Source: Cupriavidus necator (lineage in GTDB: Bacteria > Pseudomonadota > Gammaproteobacteria > Burkholderiales > Burkholderiaceae). From it: a stretch of DNA of 32,000 bases. The translations under genes were made by a program, and so were the position numbers. The stretch spans positions 3,450,001 to 3,482,000 of the forward strand of contig NZ_CP066018.1 of NCBI RefSeq assembly GCF_016127575.1, read 5' to 3'. Numbering within the stretch: the first letter of the stretch is position 1; every line of letters begins with the position of its first letter. The notes under the pieces were generated by a model, which was not told where the DNA came from, searched no databases, and was given only the letters and a program-made list of their open reading frames with translations. Below are positions 7,573 to 17,544 of the stretch, one piece after another.

Positions 7573-9441
7573 TCACAGGAACCCGATCGAGAACCAAGGC
7601 ACCAGTGTCAGCAGCAGCAAAGCCACCAGCAGCGCCGCCATGTGCGGCCAGACCCGCGGCATGGCCACGTCAGGCGAGACCCGCCCGATGGCGCAAGCCG
7701 CGTAGAAGCCGACGCCGAACGGTGGCGCAAACAGGCCCAGGCCCATGGCGAAGATCACCACCATGGCGTAGTGGACTTCATGCACGCCGACGATCTTTGC
7801 GATCGGGAACAGAAGCGGGCCGAACAGCACGATGGCCGGGATGCCTTCAAGCAGGCTGCCGAGCAGGACGAATGCCAGCGCCGACACCAGCAGGAATCCG
7901 GTCTTGCCGCCCGGCACGGCGGACATGATCTTCACCAGGTCGCCGGCGAAGCCCGATTGCGTCAGCGCCCACGCCATTGTGGTGGCGCAGCCGACGATCA
8001 GCAGGATCGCGCCGGACAGCGCAGCGGTATCGACCAGCATCGGGTAGATGCTGCGCCAGTGGAAGCGCCGGTAGACGAAGATGCCGGCGAGCACTGCGTA
8101 GAAGATGCCGATGGTGGACACTTCGGTCGCGGTGGCCACGCCTTCCACTACCGCGGTGCGGATGATCACGGGCAAGGCCAGGGCCGGCAGGGCCACCAGC
8201 AGCGATTTCACGATCACGGCGCGCGTAGGGCGTACCACCGTGCTCATGTCTTCCTTGCGCGTCTGGAACCAGCCTACGCAGGCCATCATGACCAGGCCCA
8301 CGGCCGCAGGCATCAGGCCGCCGATGAAGAGCGAGGTGATCGACACACCGGTGACCGATCCCACCGTGATCAGCACGATGCTGGGCGGGATCGTTTCGGA
8401 CATCGCGCCGGACGCCGACAACAATCCGATCAGGTCACCGTCCCTGGCGCCGCGCTGCTTCATTTCCGGGAACAGCGCGGGCGCGACCGCTGCCATGTCG
8501 GCTGCCTTTGCGCCGGAGATGCCGGACACGATATACATCGCGCCGAGCAGCACGTACTGCAGGCCGCCGCGCACATGCCCGATCAGGTTGGCGAGGAAAC
8601 TGATCATGGCGCGCGCCAGTCCGGTCATCTCGATCAGCGCGCCCAGGAAGACAAAGAGCGGCACGGCGAGCAGGATCAGGTGCGACATGCCTTCCTGCAT
8701 GCGGTTCGGGACGATCGACAGCGGGGTCGTGGTGGTGAAGGCCAGGTAGCACATGGTGGCCAGGCCGAAGGCAAAGGCGATCGGCACGCCAATGGCGACG
8801 CATACCACCAGCACCAGCAGGAAGAAGATCACCAGGTTGATGTTGCCGAGTTCTGCCAGCACCGGGGACAAGGCCCACAAGATTGCCCCGATTACGCCCA
8901 CCGCCACGCCGCTGACGAGAACCCGTTTACAGTCGGCCTGCGCGACCAGCCGGATGACGGCCGTCGCCAGCATCAGCAGCGCGCCGGCGAGCACCGCCGC
9001 GGAGCGATAGCCCTCGCTGATCTCCAGCGTTGGCGACGAGACTTCGATGTGTTCACTCAGGTGCTCGTAGGCCGGCCAGACCAGCATCAGCAGGAACGCC
9101 ACCACCAGCCACATGCCAAAGGCATCGAGCCACGCGCGCCTGCCCGGCGCCAGGTCCTTGATGAAGGTGGTCAGTTGCATATGCGCGCTGCGCTGCAGCG
9201 CAATGATGGCGCCCAGCATGGCCAGCCAGAGGAACAGGATGCTGGCCAGTTCATCGGTCCAGGGGATCGGCGCATGCAGGACATAGCGCGCGAAGGCGCC
9301 ACCGCCCAGGATGGCGATCTCGGCAAGCACGATCAGCGCGGCCGGAATCTCCACGGCCCAGCGCATGGCGCGGCCCCACACGGCAAGGGCGGCGCCTGGT
9401 TCCTGCGGTGCGCCAGCGAAGGTTTCGGCAGTGTGCTCCAT
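7573..9441 (-). CDS. TRAP transporter fused permease (DctQ-like small plus DctM-like large subunit), 622 aa
   Basis: Highly hydrophobic multi-span sequence with DctM-type blocks (ISGISGAKAADMAAVAPALFPEMKQRG, LLEGIPAIVLFGPLLFPIA). Start set at ATG 9441-9439 (MEHTAETF..., GGAG upstream). The track ORF runs on to 10074, but that part overlaps the upstream binding-protein gene. Confidence 0.9.
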   Translation of the reverse strand: MEHTAETFAGAPQEPGAALAVWGRAMRWAVEIPAALIVLAEIAILGGGAFARYVLHAPIPWTDELASILFLWLAMLGAIIALQRSAHMQLTTFIKDLAPGRRAWLDAFGMWLVVAFLLMLVWPAYEHLSEHIEVSSPTLEISEGYRSAAVLAGALLMLATAVIRLVAQADCKRVLVSGVAVGVIGAILWALSPVLAELGNINLVIFFLLVLVVCVAIGVPIAFAFGLATMCYLAFTTTTPLSIVPNRMQEGMSHLILLAVPLFVFLGALIEMTGLARAMISFLANLIGHVRGGLQYVLLGAMYIVSGISGAKAADMAAVAPALFPEMKQRGARDGDLIGLLSASGAMSETIPPSIVLITVGSVTGVSITSLFIGGLMPAAVGLVMMACVGWFQTRKEDMSTVVRPTRAVIVKSLLVALPALALPVIIRTAVVEGVATATEVSTIGIFYAVLAGIFVYRRFHWRSIYPMLVDTAALSGAILLIVGCATTMAWALTQSGFAGDLVKIMSAVPGGKTGFLLVSALAFVLLGSLLEGIPAIVLFGPLLFPIAKIVGVHEVHYAMVVIFAMGLGLFAPPFGVGFYAACAIGRVSPDVAMPRVWPHMAALLVALLLLTLVPWFSIGFL

Positions 9442-9503
9442 CGTCGTGTCTCCATGCGGCACGCGCTGAGGCGCGGCTTCTCGTTCAGTCTGGTGGTATG
9501 GCG

Positions 9504-10523
9504 TCAGGCCAGGCGGCCCGCGTATTTCTCGAGCTTGGCCCAGGCTTCCTCGCCGTACTTCTTCTTCCACTCGGTGTAGAAGCCCGCGCTTTGCAGCAAC
9601 TGGCGGAAGGGCGCGGGATCGGGCCGGTTCAGCGCGATGCCGAGCTTGCCCAGTTCCGCCTGCGCATCGACATTCAGCCTGGCGATGTCTTCGCGCTGGC
9701 GCAGCGCCGCGCTGTTGAAATGGGTGGCGATGGTCGCCTGCACTTCCTTGGGCAGCGCCTGGAATTTCCTGGCGTTGCCGAAGATGAAGTGGCCATCCCA
9801 GGTATGCGCGGTAAGCGAGCAGAACTTCTGGACTTCGTACAGCTTGGCGCTGCGGATCAGGGCCAGCGGGTTTTCCTGGCCGTCCACCACCCGCGTCTGC
9901 AGCGCGGAGTAGAGCTCGCCGAACGGAATGGCGGTGGGCGCGGCGCCAAGCGCCTTGAACATCGAGATCCAGAGCGGGATGCCGGGAACGCGGATCTTGA
10001 AGCCCTTCAGGTCCGCAGGGGTCTGAACCGGCCGGCTGGCCGAGGTGATATTGCGGTAGCCGTTGTCCAGGCACTTTTCAAACACGTGCAGGTTGACCTT
10101 GCCCAGCGCTGCCCGCACGTGCGCGCCGACGTCGCCATCCATGGCCGCCCAGACCGTGGCGTAGTCCTTGAAGGCAAAGGCGACACCGTTGATGCCGGCG
10201 GTCGGCACCAGCGTCTGCAGGTTGGTGCCGGCAGTGGACATGAAATCCATGGCTCCGGCGCGGGTCTGCGAGATCATGTCGGGCTCGCTGCCCAACTGGC
10301 TGGCGGGATACACCTGGAGATCCACCTTGCCGCCGGTGTCCTTGCGGATGGCCTCCGCGGCTTCCTTGATGCGCAGTGTGCCCGGGTGGTCCGCAGGAAA
10401 CGCCGTGCCGTACTTGAGCCGGATGCCGGCGCCCTGGGCAAGGCCGTGGCGTACCGGCAATGCGAGCGCGAGACTGCCTGCGGCCAGGGCGCCGAACTGG
10501 CGGCGTGTCAGGGAGAAGGTCAT
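9504..10523 (-). CDS. TRAP transporter substrate-binding protein, DctP family, 339 aa
   Basis: N-terminal signal (MTFSLTRRQFGALAAGSLALALP) and DctP-family blocks (KGFKIRVPG, GELYSALQTRVVDGQENPL). Sits immediately upstream of the permease gene. Confidence 0.9.
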   Translation of the reverse strand: MTFSLTRRQFGALAAGSLALALPVRHGLAQGAGIRLKYGTAFPADHPGTLRIKEAAEAIRKDTGGKVDLQVYPASQLGSEPDMISQTRAGAMDFMSTAGTNLQTLVPTAGINGVAFAFKDYATVWAAMDGDVGAHVRAALGKVNLHVFEKCLDNGYRNITSASRPVQTPADLKGFKIRVPGIPLWISMFKALGAAPTAIPFGELYSALQTRVVDGQENPLALIRSAKLYEVQKFCSLTAHTWDGHFIFGNARKFQALPKEVQATIATHFNSAALRQREDIARLNVDAQAELGKLGIALNRPDPAPFRQLLQSAGFYTEWKKKYGEEAWAKLEKYAGRLA

Positions 10524-10559
10524 GGTGATGTGTGCTCCTGTATTGAAAGATCTGGCGCC

Positions 10560-12056
10560 TTATTGGCGCGGCGGCATGGACAGCAATGCCGCCGCGCCGC
10601 GGTTTGCCAGTGCCGCCAGGTAAGCGGCAAGGCGGGCGGCAAGGGGCGCGGGCCACGGCGTGGTGCCAAAGACGGCGGCATGGCCGAGCGCCTGGCGCGC
10701 GGCATCGGCGTCGCAGCCTGCGCTGCGCAGGCGATCGGCCAATGCCGCGGCGCCGGGGTCGCTGATCGCAAGTACCTCGCCGCAGTCGCTGCGGCCGGTT
10801 CGCAGGTAATGCAGCCACATCGCCAGCGCACGCTCAAGGAATGGCCGTTCGACGCCCGCGCTGCAGCTTTCGCGCAAGGCGGGCAGCCAGCGCACGGGGA
10901 TCTTCTGCGTGCCATCCGTCGCGATCTGTGCGGTCAGGTGGGCGAGGGCGGTATTCTCGAAGCGATGCAGCAGTTCGCGACAGTAGCGGTCGACGTCATA
11001 GCCTGGCGGCGCCGCAACAGTGGCGCGCAAGTCTTGCATTACGCCCCGCGCGAATGCGGCGGCAGCGGGATTCGCCATGACGTCTGCGATGCTGGAAAAT
11101 CCGCCAAGCTGACCGGCATAGGCCATTGCCGAATGGGTGCCGTTGAGCAGGCGCAGCTTCATTGCCTGGTAAGGCCGGACATCGGTCGTCAGCAGCGCGC
11201 CACCGGCTTCCCATGCGGGCCGTGGTCCCGCGAAACGGTCTTCGATGACCCATTGCGTGAAGGGCTCGCACACGACGGCGGCTTCGTCGCGCACGCCGAG
11301 CAGCCGGCTGGCCAGGTCGAGCGATGCTGTGCTGGCGGCCGGCACGATCCGGTCGACCATTGAATTGGGCAGTGCGATCTCGTCCTCGATGCGCCGTGGC
11401 AGGTTTGGATCGGACAGTTCCGCGAACTGTGCAAGCAGCCGACGCAAGGTGTCGCCGTTGCCCGCCATGTTGTCGCAGCACACCACGCTGAGCGGGGCGC
11501 CGCGCGGCCGGCGGCGTATGCCCGCCGCAAGGATGCCGAGGGTGCTGCGGGGGCGCTCCGGGTTGGCCAGGTCGTGGCGGATGTTTTCATCGCCGAGGTC
11601 GAGCCCGGTCGTTGACGGGAGCTGGCTGTAACCCTTCTCGGTCACGGTGCTGGTGACGACGCTGACCGCCGGGTCAGCGATGGCGTCGATTACCTGCTTC
11701 AGGGCCTGTGGCGCATACAGCGACGCAACCACGGCACCGACGATCCGTGTGTGGCTGGCATCGCCATGACGCTCGGTGACCGAATAGAGATGGTCCTGGG
11801 CTTGCAGCGTGTTGCCCGTGGCGGGGCTGCGCAAGCTGACGCCGATGATTCCCCACCGGGTATCGCCCTGCGCCAGGGCGGCTTCGGTGTACAGCGCCTG
11901 GTGGGCGCGGTGGAATGCACCCAGACCCAGATGCACGATGCCCCGGCCCAGGCCGGAGCGATCGTAGCGAGGACGCTCGACCCCGGCACGCACCTTGAGA
12001 AGGGCTTCTTGTGAGAGGCGCTGATGGCGTGCTGCCGTGGCGGAAATGGGCTGCAT
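10560..12056 (-). CDS. uxuB: mannitol dehydrogenase family oxidoreductase, fructuronate reductase / D-mannonate oxidoreductase-like, 498 aa
   Basis: N-terminal GIVHLGLGAFHRAHQALY dinucleotide-binding block and VTEKGY motif typical of the long-chain mannitol dehydrogenase family. Co-oriented, 36 nt upstream of the TRAP genes. Confidence 0.8.
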   Translation of the reverse strand: MQPISATAARHQRLSQEALLKVRAGVERPRYDRSGLGRGIVHLGLGAFHRAHQALYTEAALAQGDTRWGIIGVSLRSPATGNTLQAQDHLYSVTERHGDASHTRIVGAVVASLYAPQALKQVIDAIADPAVSVVTSTVTEKGYSQLPSTTGLDLGDENIRHDLANPERPRSTLGILAAGIRRRPRGAPLSVVCCDNMAGNGDTLRRLLAQFAELSDPNLPRRIEDEIALPNSMVDRIVPAASTASLDLASRLLGVRDEAAVVCEPFTQWVIEDRFAGPRPAWEAGGALLTTDVRPYQAMKLRLLNGTHSAMAYAGQLGGFSSIADVMANPAAAAFARGVMQDLRATVAAPPGYDVDRYCRELLHRFENTALAHLTAQIATDGTQKIPVRWLPALRESCSAGVERPFLERALAMWLHYLRTGRSDCGEVLAISDPGAAALADRLRSAGCDADAARQALGHAAVFGTTPWPAPLAARLAAYLAALANRGAAALLSMPPRQ

Positions 12057-12084
12057 ATCGATATAGGATCACATTTCTCTGGTT

Positions 12085-12194
12085 ACTGCCATGGTAGTGC
12101 GGCGGTGTTGTGCACTGTAGTCGCGAGTATTTGGCGAATCCATGCGGGTTTACGCCGAACGATTGGGAAAATGGCGACGTGCTACCATGGCAGT
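12085..12194. promoter_or_regulatory. pair of inverted 13-bp boxes (ACTGCCATGGTAG at 12085-12097, CTACCATGGCAGT at 12182-12194), candidate GntR operator sites in the divergent promoter region
   Basis: Read directly. The two boxes are exact reverse complements, and each is itself a near-palindrome around CCATGG. They bracket the AT-richer uxuB / GntR intergenic region. Confidence 0.45.
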
Positions 12195-12217
12195 GACACT
12201 CAAATAACCGACCCCAA

Positions 12218-12982
12218 ATGCGCGCCTCCCGTATCTCGCTTGTCCGCGAAAATTCCCAGGAAGCCTTCAATGCCGAAGAGGTCCTGACCCGTGCGCTGGC
12301 TGGCTTCCAGCTGGAAAAGGACCGCTCCTACACCGCCCAGGTCCATGCGATGTTGCAGCGAGCCATCGTGCGCGGCACGCTGCCCCCGCGCATGGCGCTG
12401 TCGGAGGCGGCGATCTCCCAGGCAATCGAGGTCAGCCGCACGCCGGTACGTGAAGCGCTGGCCATGCTGGCAGACGAGCAGCTGGTGCAGATCTACCGGC
12501 AGGTCGGCACCATCGTTGCGCCGGTGCGCACTTCGCTGATCGAGGAGGGACGCTTCGTGCGCTGCACGCTGGAATGCGCCAATCACGTGCAGCTGGCGCT
12601 GTCCATCACGAGCGAGCAACTGGCGGAGTTCGGCAGCATCGTCGAGCGCCAGCGCGCCGCCGTCGCCGGCAACCAGACCGACTTGTTCTCGGAGCTGGAT
12701 GAGCTGATGCACCGCAGGCTGTTCGAGTTTGCGGGCCGGCACAACGTCTGGGCCATGCTCGAGCCCATCAAGCGGCATTTCGACCGGGTGCGCTGGCTGC
12801 TGCTGGGCCGGGTGGCCGACCACGCCAGCCGCGCGCTGCAGGAGCACGAGCAGATGCTGGCGCAGATGGCGGCACGCGATGTCGCGGGCCTCGGGGCCAG
12901 CGTCGCTTCGCATATCAACCACATCACCGAGCACCTCCAGGCGTTGCGCAAGCAGGCGCCGGAGAGCTATTTCACTGACTGA
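12218..12982 (+). CDS. GntR-family (FadR/FCD-type) transcriptional regulator, 254 aa
   Basis: Winged-helix block [40 protein letters not shown] followed by an all-helical FCD-like C-terminal domain. The start codon is uncertain because there is no clear SD at 12218. Confidence 0.8.
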   Translation: MRASRISLVRENSQEAFNAEEVLTRALAGFQLEKDRSYTAQVHAMLQRAIVRGTLPPRMALSEAAISQAIEVSRTPVREALAMLADEQLVQIYRQVGTIVAPVRTSLIEEGRFVRCTLECANHVQLALSITSEQLAEFGSIVERQRAAVAGNQTDLFSELDELMHRRLFEFAGRHNVWAMLEPIKRHFDRVRWLLLGRVADHASRALQEHEQMLAQMAARDVAGLGASVASHINHITEHLQALRKQAPESYFTD

Positions 12983-13001
12983 CCTCGCGGGGGAAGGCGA
13001 C

Positions 13002-14210
13002 TTGAAGATCGAATCGGTACAAACCATTGTCACCTGTCCGGGGCGCAACTTTGTCACGGTCAAGGTGATGACGGATGAAGGCGTCCATGGCCTGGGCGAT
13101 GCCACGCTCAACGGGCGGGAACTGGCGGTCCAGGCCTATCTGGACGAGCACGTGATTCCATGCCTGATCGGGCGCGATCCCCGCAACCTCGAGGACATCT
13201 GGCAATACCTGTATCGCGGCGCCTACTGGCGCCGCGGCCCGGTCACGATGACCGCCATCGCAGCCATCGACATGGCCTTGTGGGATATCAAGGGCAAGCT
13301 GGCCGGCATGCCGGTGTACCAGTTGCTGGGCGGCAGAAGCCGGTGGGGGCTGATGGTGTATGGCCATGCCAACGGGCGCGACCACGCCGAGGCCGTGGAG
13401 GCCGTGCAGCGTCATGTGGAGCAGGGCTACAAGGCCATCCGCGTGCAGTCCGGCGTGCCCGGCCTGGGCAAGGTGTATGGCGTGGGCAAGGGTGGCGGGC
13501 ATTATGAGCCCGCCGAGAAAGGCCTGCCGTCGGAAGAGCCCTGGGATACTTCGCTCTACCTGCGCCATACGCCTGAACTGTTCCGCAAGGTGCGCGACGC
13601 CGTGGGTTTCGGGCCCCTCCTGCTGCACGACGCCCACCATCGCCTGACGCCGATCGAGGCCGCGCGGCTCGGCAAGGCGCTAGAGCCCTTCAGCCTGTTC
13701 TGGCTGGAAGACGCCACGCCGGCAGAGAACCAGGAGGCGTTCCGGCTGATCCGCCAGCACACCACCACGCCGCTGGCCGTGGGGGAAGTCTTCAACTCGG
13801 TCTGGGACTGCAAGACGCTGATCAGCGAGCAACTGGTCGACTACATCCGCGCCACCATCGTGCACGCGGGCGGCATCACCCATGTGCGGCGCATCGCGGA
13901 TTTTGCGGCCATGTACCAGGTGCGTACTGGGTTCCATGGGGCGACCGACCTGTCGCCGGTGTGCATGGCGGCCGCGGTCAACTTCGGGCTGTGGGCGCCC
14001 AACTTCGGCATCCAGGAACTGATGCCGCACAGCGAACTGACTGATGCGGTCTTTCCCCACAACTACCGCTTTGAAGACGGCTACCTGGTCATGGACGAGG
14101 TGCCGGGCCTTGGTGTCGATATCGACGAAGCACTGGCCGCAAAGTATCCCTACGAACGTGCCTACCTGCCGGTTGCGCGGCTGGCGGATGGCGCGATGTG
14201 GCACTGGTAG
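13002..14210 (+). CDS. rspA: D-mannonate dehydratase of the enolase superfamily (ManD subgroup; RspA-like), 402 aa
   Basis: (M)[42 protein letters not shown]...[33 protein letters not shown] matches ManD/RspA proteins as I remember them. Start taken as TTG 13002 (GGGAAGG upstream), because the family begins MKI. The track ORF start at 12729 overlaps the GntR gene. Confidence 0.9.
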   Translation: MKIESVQTIVTCPGRNFVTVKVMTDEGVHGLGDATLNGRELAVQAYLDEHVIPCLIGRDPRNLEDIWQYLYRGAYWRRGPVTMTAIAAIDMALWDIKGKLAGMPVYQLLGGRSRWGLMVYGHANGRDHAEAVEAVQRHVEQGYKAIRVQSGVPGLGKVYGVGKGGGHYEPAEKGLPSEEPWDTSLYLRHTPELFRKVRDAVGFGPLLLHDAHHRLTPIEAARLGKALEPFSLFWLEDATPAENQEAFRLIRQHTTTPLAVGEVFNSVWDCKTLISEQLVDYIRATIVHAGGITHVRRIADFAAMYQVRTGFHGATDLSPVCMAAAVNFGLWAPNFGIQELMPHSELTDAVFPHNYRFEDGYLVMDEVPGLGVDIDEALAAKYPYERAYLPVARLADGAMWHW

Positions 14211-14222
14211 CCGGAGTTTCCG

Positions 14223-15257
14223 ATGCTTAGCATTGTTGTCGAAGAACCCAACAGCATGGCCGTATGCGAGCGGCCAATGCCGGAGCCCGCTGCCGGCGAG
14301 GTGCGCGTACGCGTGCGCTATGCCGGCATCTGCGGTTCCGACCTGCATATCTTCCGCGGTCACAATCCGTTCGTGGCGTATCCGCGCGTCATCGGCCACG
14401 AGTTCGTCGGCACCATCGATGCCGTGGGTGCCGGGGTGGATGCGTCGCGCATCGGCCAGCGCGTGGTGGCGGATCCGGTCATCAGTTGCGGACAATGCCA
14501 CGCATGCCGGATCGGCCGCCAGAACGTGTGCAGCCGGCTCCAGGTGATCGGGGTGCATCGCGACGGAGGCTTCAGCGAGTACGCCTGCGTGCCGGCCGGC
14601 AATGCCTATGTGATTCCGGACGGCATGCCCGAAGCCAGCGCTTCGGTGATCGAGCCGTTTGCCGTGGCTGCCAATGTCACGCACCGCACCGGCGTGCTTG
14701 CGCAGGATGTGGCATTGATCTATGGCGCGGGGCCGGTCGGGCTCAACCTGATGCAGGTACTCAAGCGCGTCCATGGCATCCGCGCCTTCATCACGGATCA
14801 CCTCGACGAGCGCCTGGCGCTGGCGCGGCAATGCGGTGCGGGAGAGGACGAAGTCATCAACACCGCGCGCGAGCCCCTCGAACAGGCGCTGGCGGCGCGA
14901 GGCGTGGAAGGCGGTCCGACACTGATCTTCGATGCCGTATGCCATCCGGCCATCCTGGAGGAGGCCGTGAGCATTGCGGCACCGGCCGGGCGTATCGGGT
15001 TATTGGGCTTTTCACCGACGCCATCGGCGATCCCGCAGCAGGAACTCACCAGGAAGGAATTGACGCTGTATGCCTCGCGGCTTAACTGCGCGATGTTCCC
15101 GACGGTGATTGACTGGATCGCGAAAGGCCTGGTCAATCCCGGGAAAATTGTCACGCACCACGTCGATTTTCGCGATGTTGCCGGCGCGTTTGCACTGGCC
15201 GAGGGCAATCCGGGCAAATGCTGCAAGGTGCTGCTTGACTTTGGCCATGGTGGCTGA
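14223..15257 (+). CDS. rspB: zinc-dependent MDR dehydrogenase, RspB-like (possible L-gulonate/L-idonate 5-dehydrogenase), 344 aa
   Basis: AGEVRVRVRYAGICGSDLHIFRGHNPFVAYPRVIGHEFVGTIDAVG and the C-terminal CCKVLLDF are near-collinear with E. coli RspB as I recall it. GGAG SD. Starts 12 nt after the ManD stop. Confidence 0.9.
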   Translation: MLSIVVEEPNSMAVCERPMPEPAAGEVRVRVRYAGICGSDLHIFRGHNPFVAYPRVIGHEFVGTIDAVGAGVDASRIGQRVVADPVISCGQCHACRIGRQNVCSRLQVIGVHRDGGFSEYACVPAGNAYVIPDGMPEASASVIEPFAVAANVTHRTGVLAQDVALIYGAGPVGLNLMQVLKRVHGIRAFITDHLDERLALARQCGAGEDEVINTAREPLEQALAARGVEGGPTLIFDAVCHPAILEEAVSIAAPAGRIGLLGFSPTPSAIPQQELTRKELTLYASRLNCAMFPTVIDWIAKGLVNPGKIVTHHVDFRDVAGAFALAEGNPGKCCKVLLDFGHGG

Positions 15258-15592
15258 CATGGCGGATTTCGGGCTCATCGGGCTTCCTCACGCAGGTGAG
15301 TTGCCGGGCGTACGGCGCAGCTTGCATAACCTGGCCCAGCGCTCGGCCGCCAAGCGGCAGGCGGATCGTCGCGAGCTGGAACAGACGTTGGCGCGGCTGA
15401 CAGGGCGGGGTGTCTGAAGCGTCGACGACCCTTGCGTAATCAGCAGGTGGCGCTTGACGCGCATTCTCTCTTCGTTCACCTTATGTCCCCGGCAGGGCCG
15501 GCGTCCCATTGCGGCGCCAGGCTTTGTGCGGCGATCGCGCCAGCGCAGCCCGCGGCCGAACAACAAATGGTGACCAAAGGGAGACCATCGCA

Positions 15593-17363
15593 ATGAGCAA
15601 GCTACTGCTCGGACCCGTGCTGTCGTTTCGTGGCCTCGGAACGGATGGCTCATGGAAGGTGACGGCGCTCATCGGCATCGAAGATCAAGCCAGGGTTCCT
15701 CCGGTCACCGTGGAGGGCCGCAAGGCCGGCAAGCCGGTGATCCTGCTGCAGCATGCGGGCCACACCTATCTGCGCTACGACTTGTCCTGCAAGCTGCGCA
15801 AGAACGAACGGCGGGTACCGTACAGCATCGAAGGTGTCGGGGAAGCGTGGCACTTTACCGTGCCCGGCAAGGGCTACGCGCCGCGCATGGCCTATGTTTC
15901 GTGCAACGGATTCTCCGACCCGAGCGGCATGCGCAAGCTGGTCAAGGCTGAGAATGCGGTTTGGGCGGACTTGCTGTGCAACCACGACAAGGACATCCGT
16001 CCGGCAGGCTATGAGCTGGACAAGGAGCAGCTCTGGCACGAGGCGCGTACCCATGACCAGGGCAACCAGCGCTTCCATCTGATGCTGATGGGCGGCGACC
16101 AGATCTACTTCGATTCGATCTGGGAAGACCTCAAGCTGCTGAAGCGCTGGATCGGGTTGACGCGCGAGGAGCAGCTGCAGTACCCGGTGGATGCTGACCT
16201 CGAGAAGGAAATCGAGGACTACTATTTCAAGCACTACAGCGAGCGCTGGCTGCCTCATGCAAGGTCAGGGTGGGGTAGCGCAGACAAGCCGCTCGATGCT
16301 GCCCAGGCCATGGCACGGATCCCCACGGTGATGATGTGGGATGACCATGACATCTTCGACGGCTGGGGTTCCTATAGCTCCGAGATGCAGCGCAGTCCGT
16401 TGTTCCAGCGGCTGTTCTTCCATGCGCGCCGGGCCTTCTGGGTGTTCCAGATGCAGCATGCTGTCGAGCAGCTTCCCGACCTGGTGCCGCGCACTGACGT
16501 CAGGGTCCGGTCTGACGATCCATTGTTCGAACCGGTCAAGTGGTCTCAGGTGCTGTCCAGCGACAAGCTTGCGCTGCCGTTGCTGGACGAGCAGCCGGGG
16601 TTCACGTTCGCGCATTCGGCTGGCCCAGTCAGCGTGATCGTTGCCGACCTGAGGACCGAACGATCCCAGGAACAGGTGCTTGGACCCGGTACCTGGGGCG
16701 CACTGCAGCGGTGGCTGTCGGGGATCGAGTCGGGCGATGCCGCCAGCCCCGGCGGCATCAATTGCCAGCATCTGCTGCTGATGTCTTCCGTGCCCGTGGT
16801 GCATCCCAAGCTGTCGCTGGCCGAAGCCTTCCTGGACAACTTTGGCCAGGATCATGTGCTCGACAGCTGCCGATGACCTCAAGGACCACTGGACCCACGA
16901 CGACCACGAGGGCGAGAGGAAGCGCCTGGTGGAGACCTTGCTCAAGACCGCCAGCCAGAAGCAGCTGCGGGTCACGATCATCTCTGGCGATGTCCATGTC
17001 GCGGCCTGGGGTGTCGCCTGCAGGAAAGATGTGGGGCCGAAGGACAACTGGGCGCAGATACAGCAGCTGACCAGTACTGCCGTGGTGCATCCCTCGCTGG
17101 TCGGGGTCATGGAGCGTCTGTTCTTCCATGTGCTGAACAACGTCGCTCAGTCGAAGCAGGCGCTTGATGTCAACTTGTCCGCGGAAATGATGCTCTTCCC
17201 CGGATCCAACCGGTACGTGATGCCGGCCAGGAACTGGCTTGCGATCGAGTTGGACCGGGGCACGGACAACCCGAACGGCTGCAAGCTGTGGGCGACGTGG
17301 CGGTGCGAGACCAAGGCGGCGTTCACCAATCACCTGCTGGCTACCGATCCGGTGAACTTATAA
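15593..17363 (+). pseudogene. PhoD-like metallophosphatase family gene interrupted by a frameshift near 16862-16872 (two track ORFs, 15509-16876 and 16842-17363)
   Basis: Metallophosphatase motifs are split across the two frames: GGDQIYFD and MMWDDHDIFDGWGS in the first, ISGDVHVAAWG in the second. The first frame ends ...FGQDHVLDSCR*. The +1 frame continues ...AADDLKDHWTHDDHEGERKRLV with no plausible independent start. ATG 15593 has AAAGGGAG upstream. Confidence 0.7.
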
Positions 17364-17544
17364 TCTGGATCGAGTCAGAGAGTAGGGCGGGGCGGTGTGC
17401 TCAGGCATGCGTGCCCATGCCTCGCCGATTCAAACCCCATCCGCGGAGGATTCATACCATGCGCCATTGATGCCGCCGTCTGCATGACGGCCAGTCTCCA
17501 CCGCCCCCAAGCAGGGGGAGTTCCTGGCATCCCTGGAATCCCGC

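Noticed and set aside
7417-9579. 720-aa plus-strand ORF, extremely rich in His/Arg/Asp/Gln/Gly
   Set aside because: It lies exactly antisense to the TRAP permease gene, which has unmistakable membrane-protein sequence. Its composition is what a shadow frame of a GC-rich hydrophobic gene produces, and I see no SD or motifs.
9442-10074. N-terminal 211-residue extension of the TRAP permease ORF as listed in the track
   Set aside because: It overlaps the DctP-family gene in another frame and looks non-protein-like. The internal ATG at 9441 has an SD and starts where DctQ-like hydrophobic sequence begins.
9408-11363. 651-aa plus-strand ORF
   Set aside because: Antisense to the DctP-family and uxuB-like genes, spanning their intergenic gap. 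Arg/Gly/Ala-rich with no domain signature.
12729-13001. Upstream extension of the ManD ORF in the track
   Set aside because: It overlaps the 3' end of the GntR gene. The ManD family starts at MKI, matching the TTG at 13002 with an SD.
15247-15417. Small ORF (about 56 aa, MVADMADFGLIG...) overlapping the rspB stop
   Set aside because: No SD, no recognisable features, and ORFs of this size are expected by chance at this GC content.
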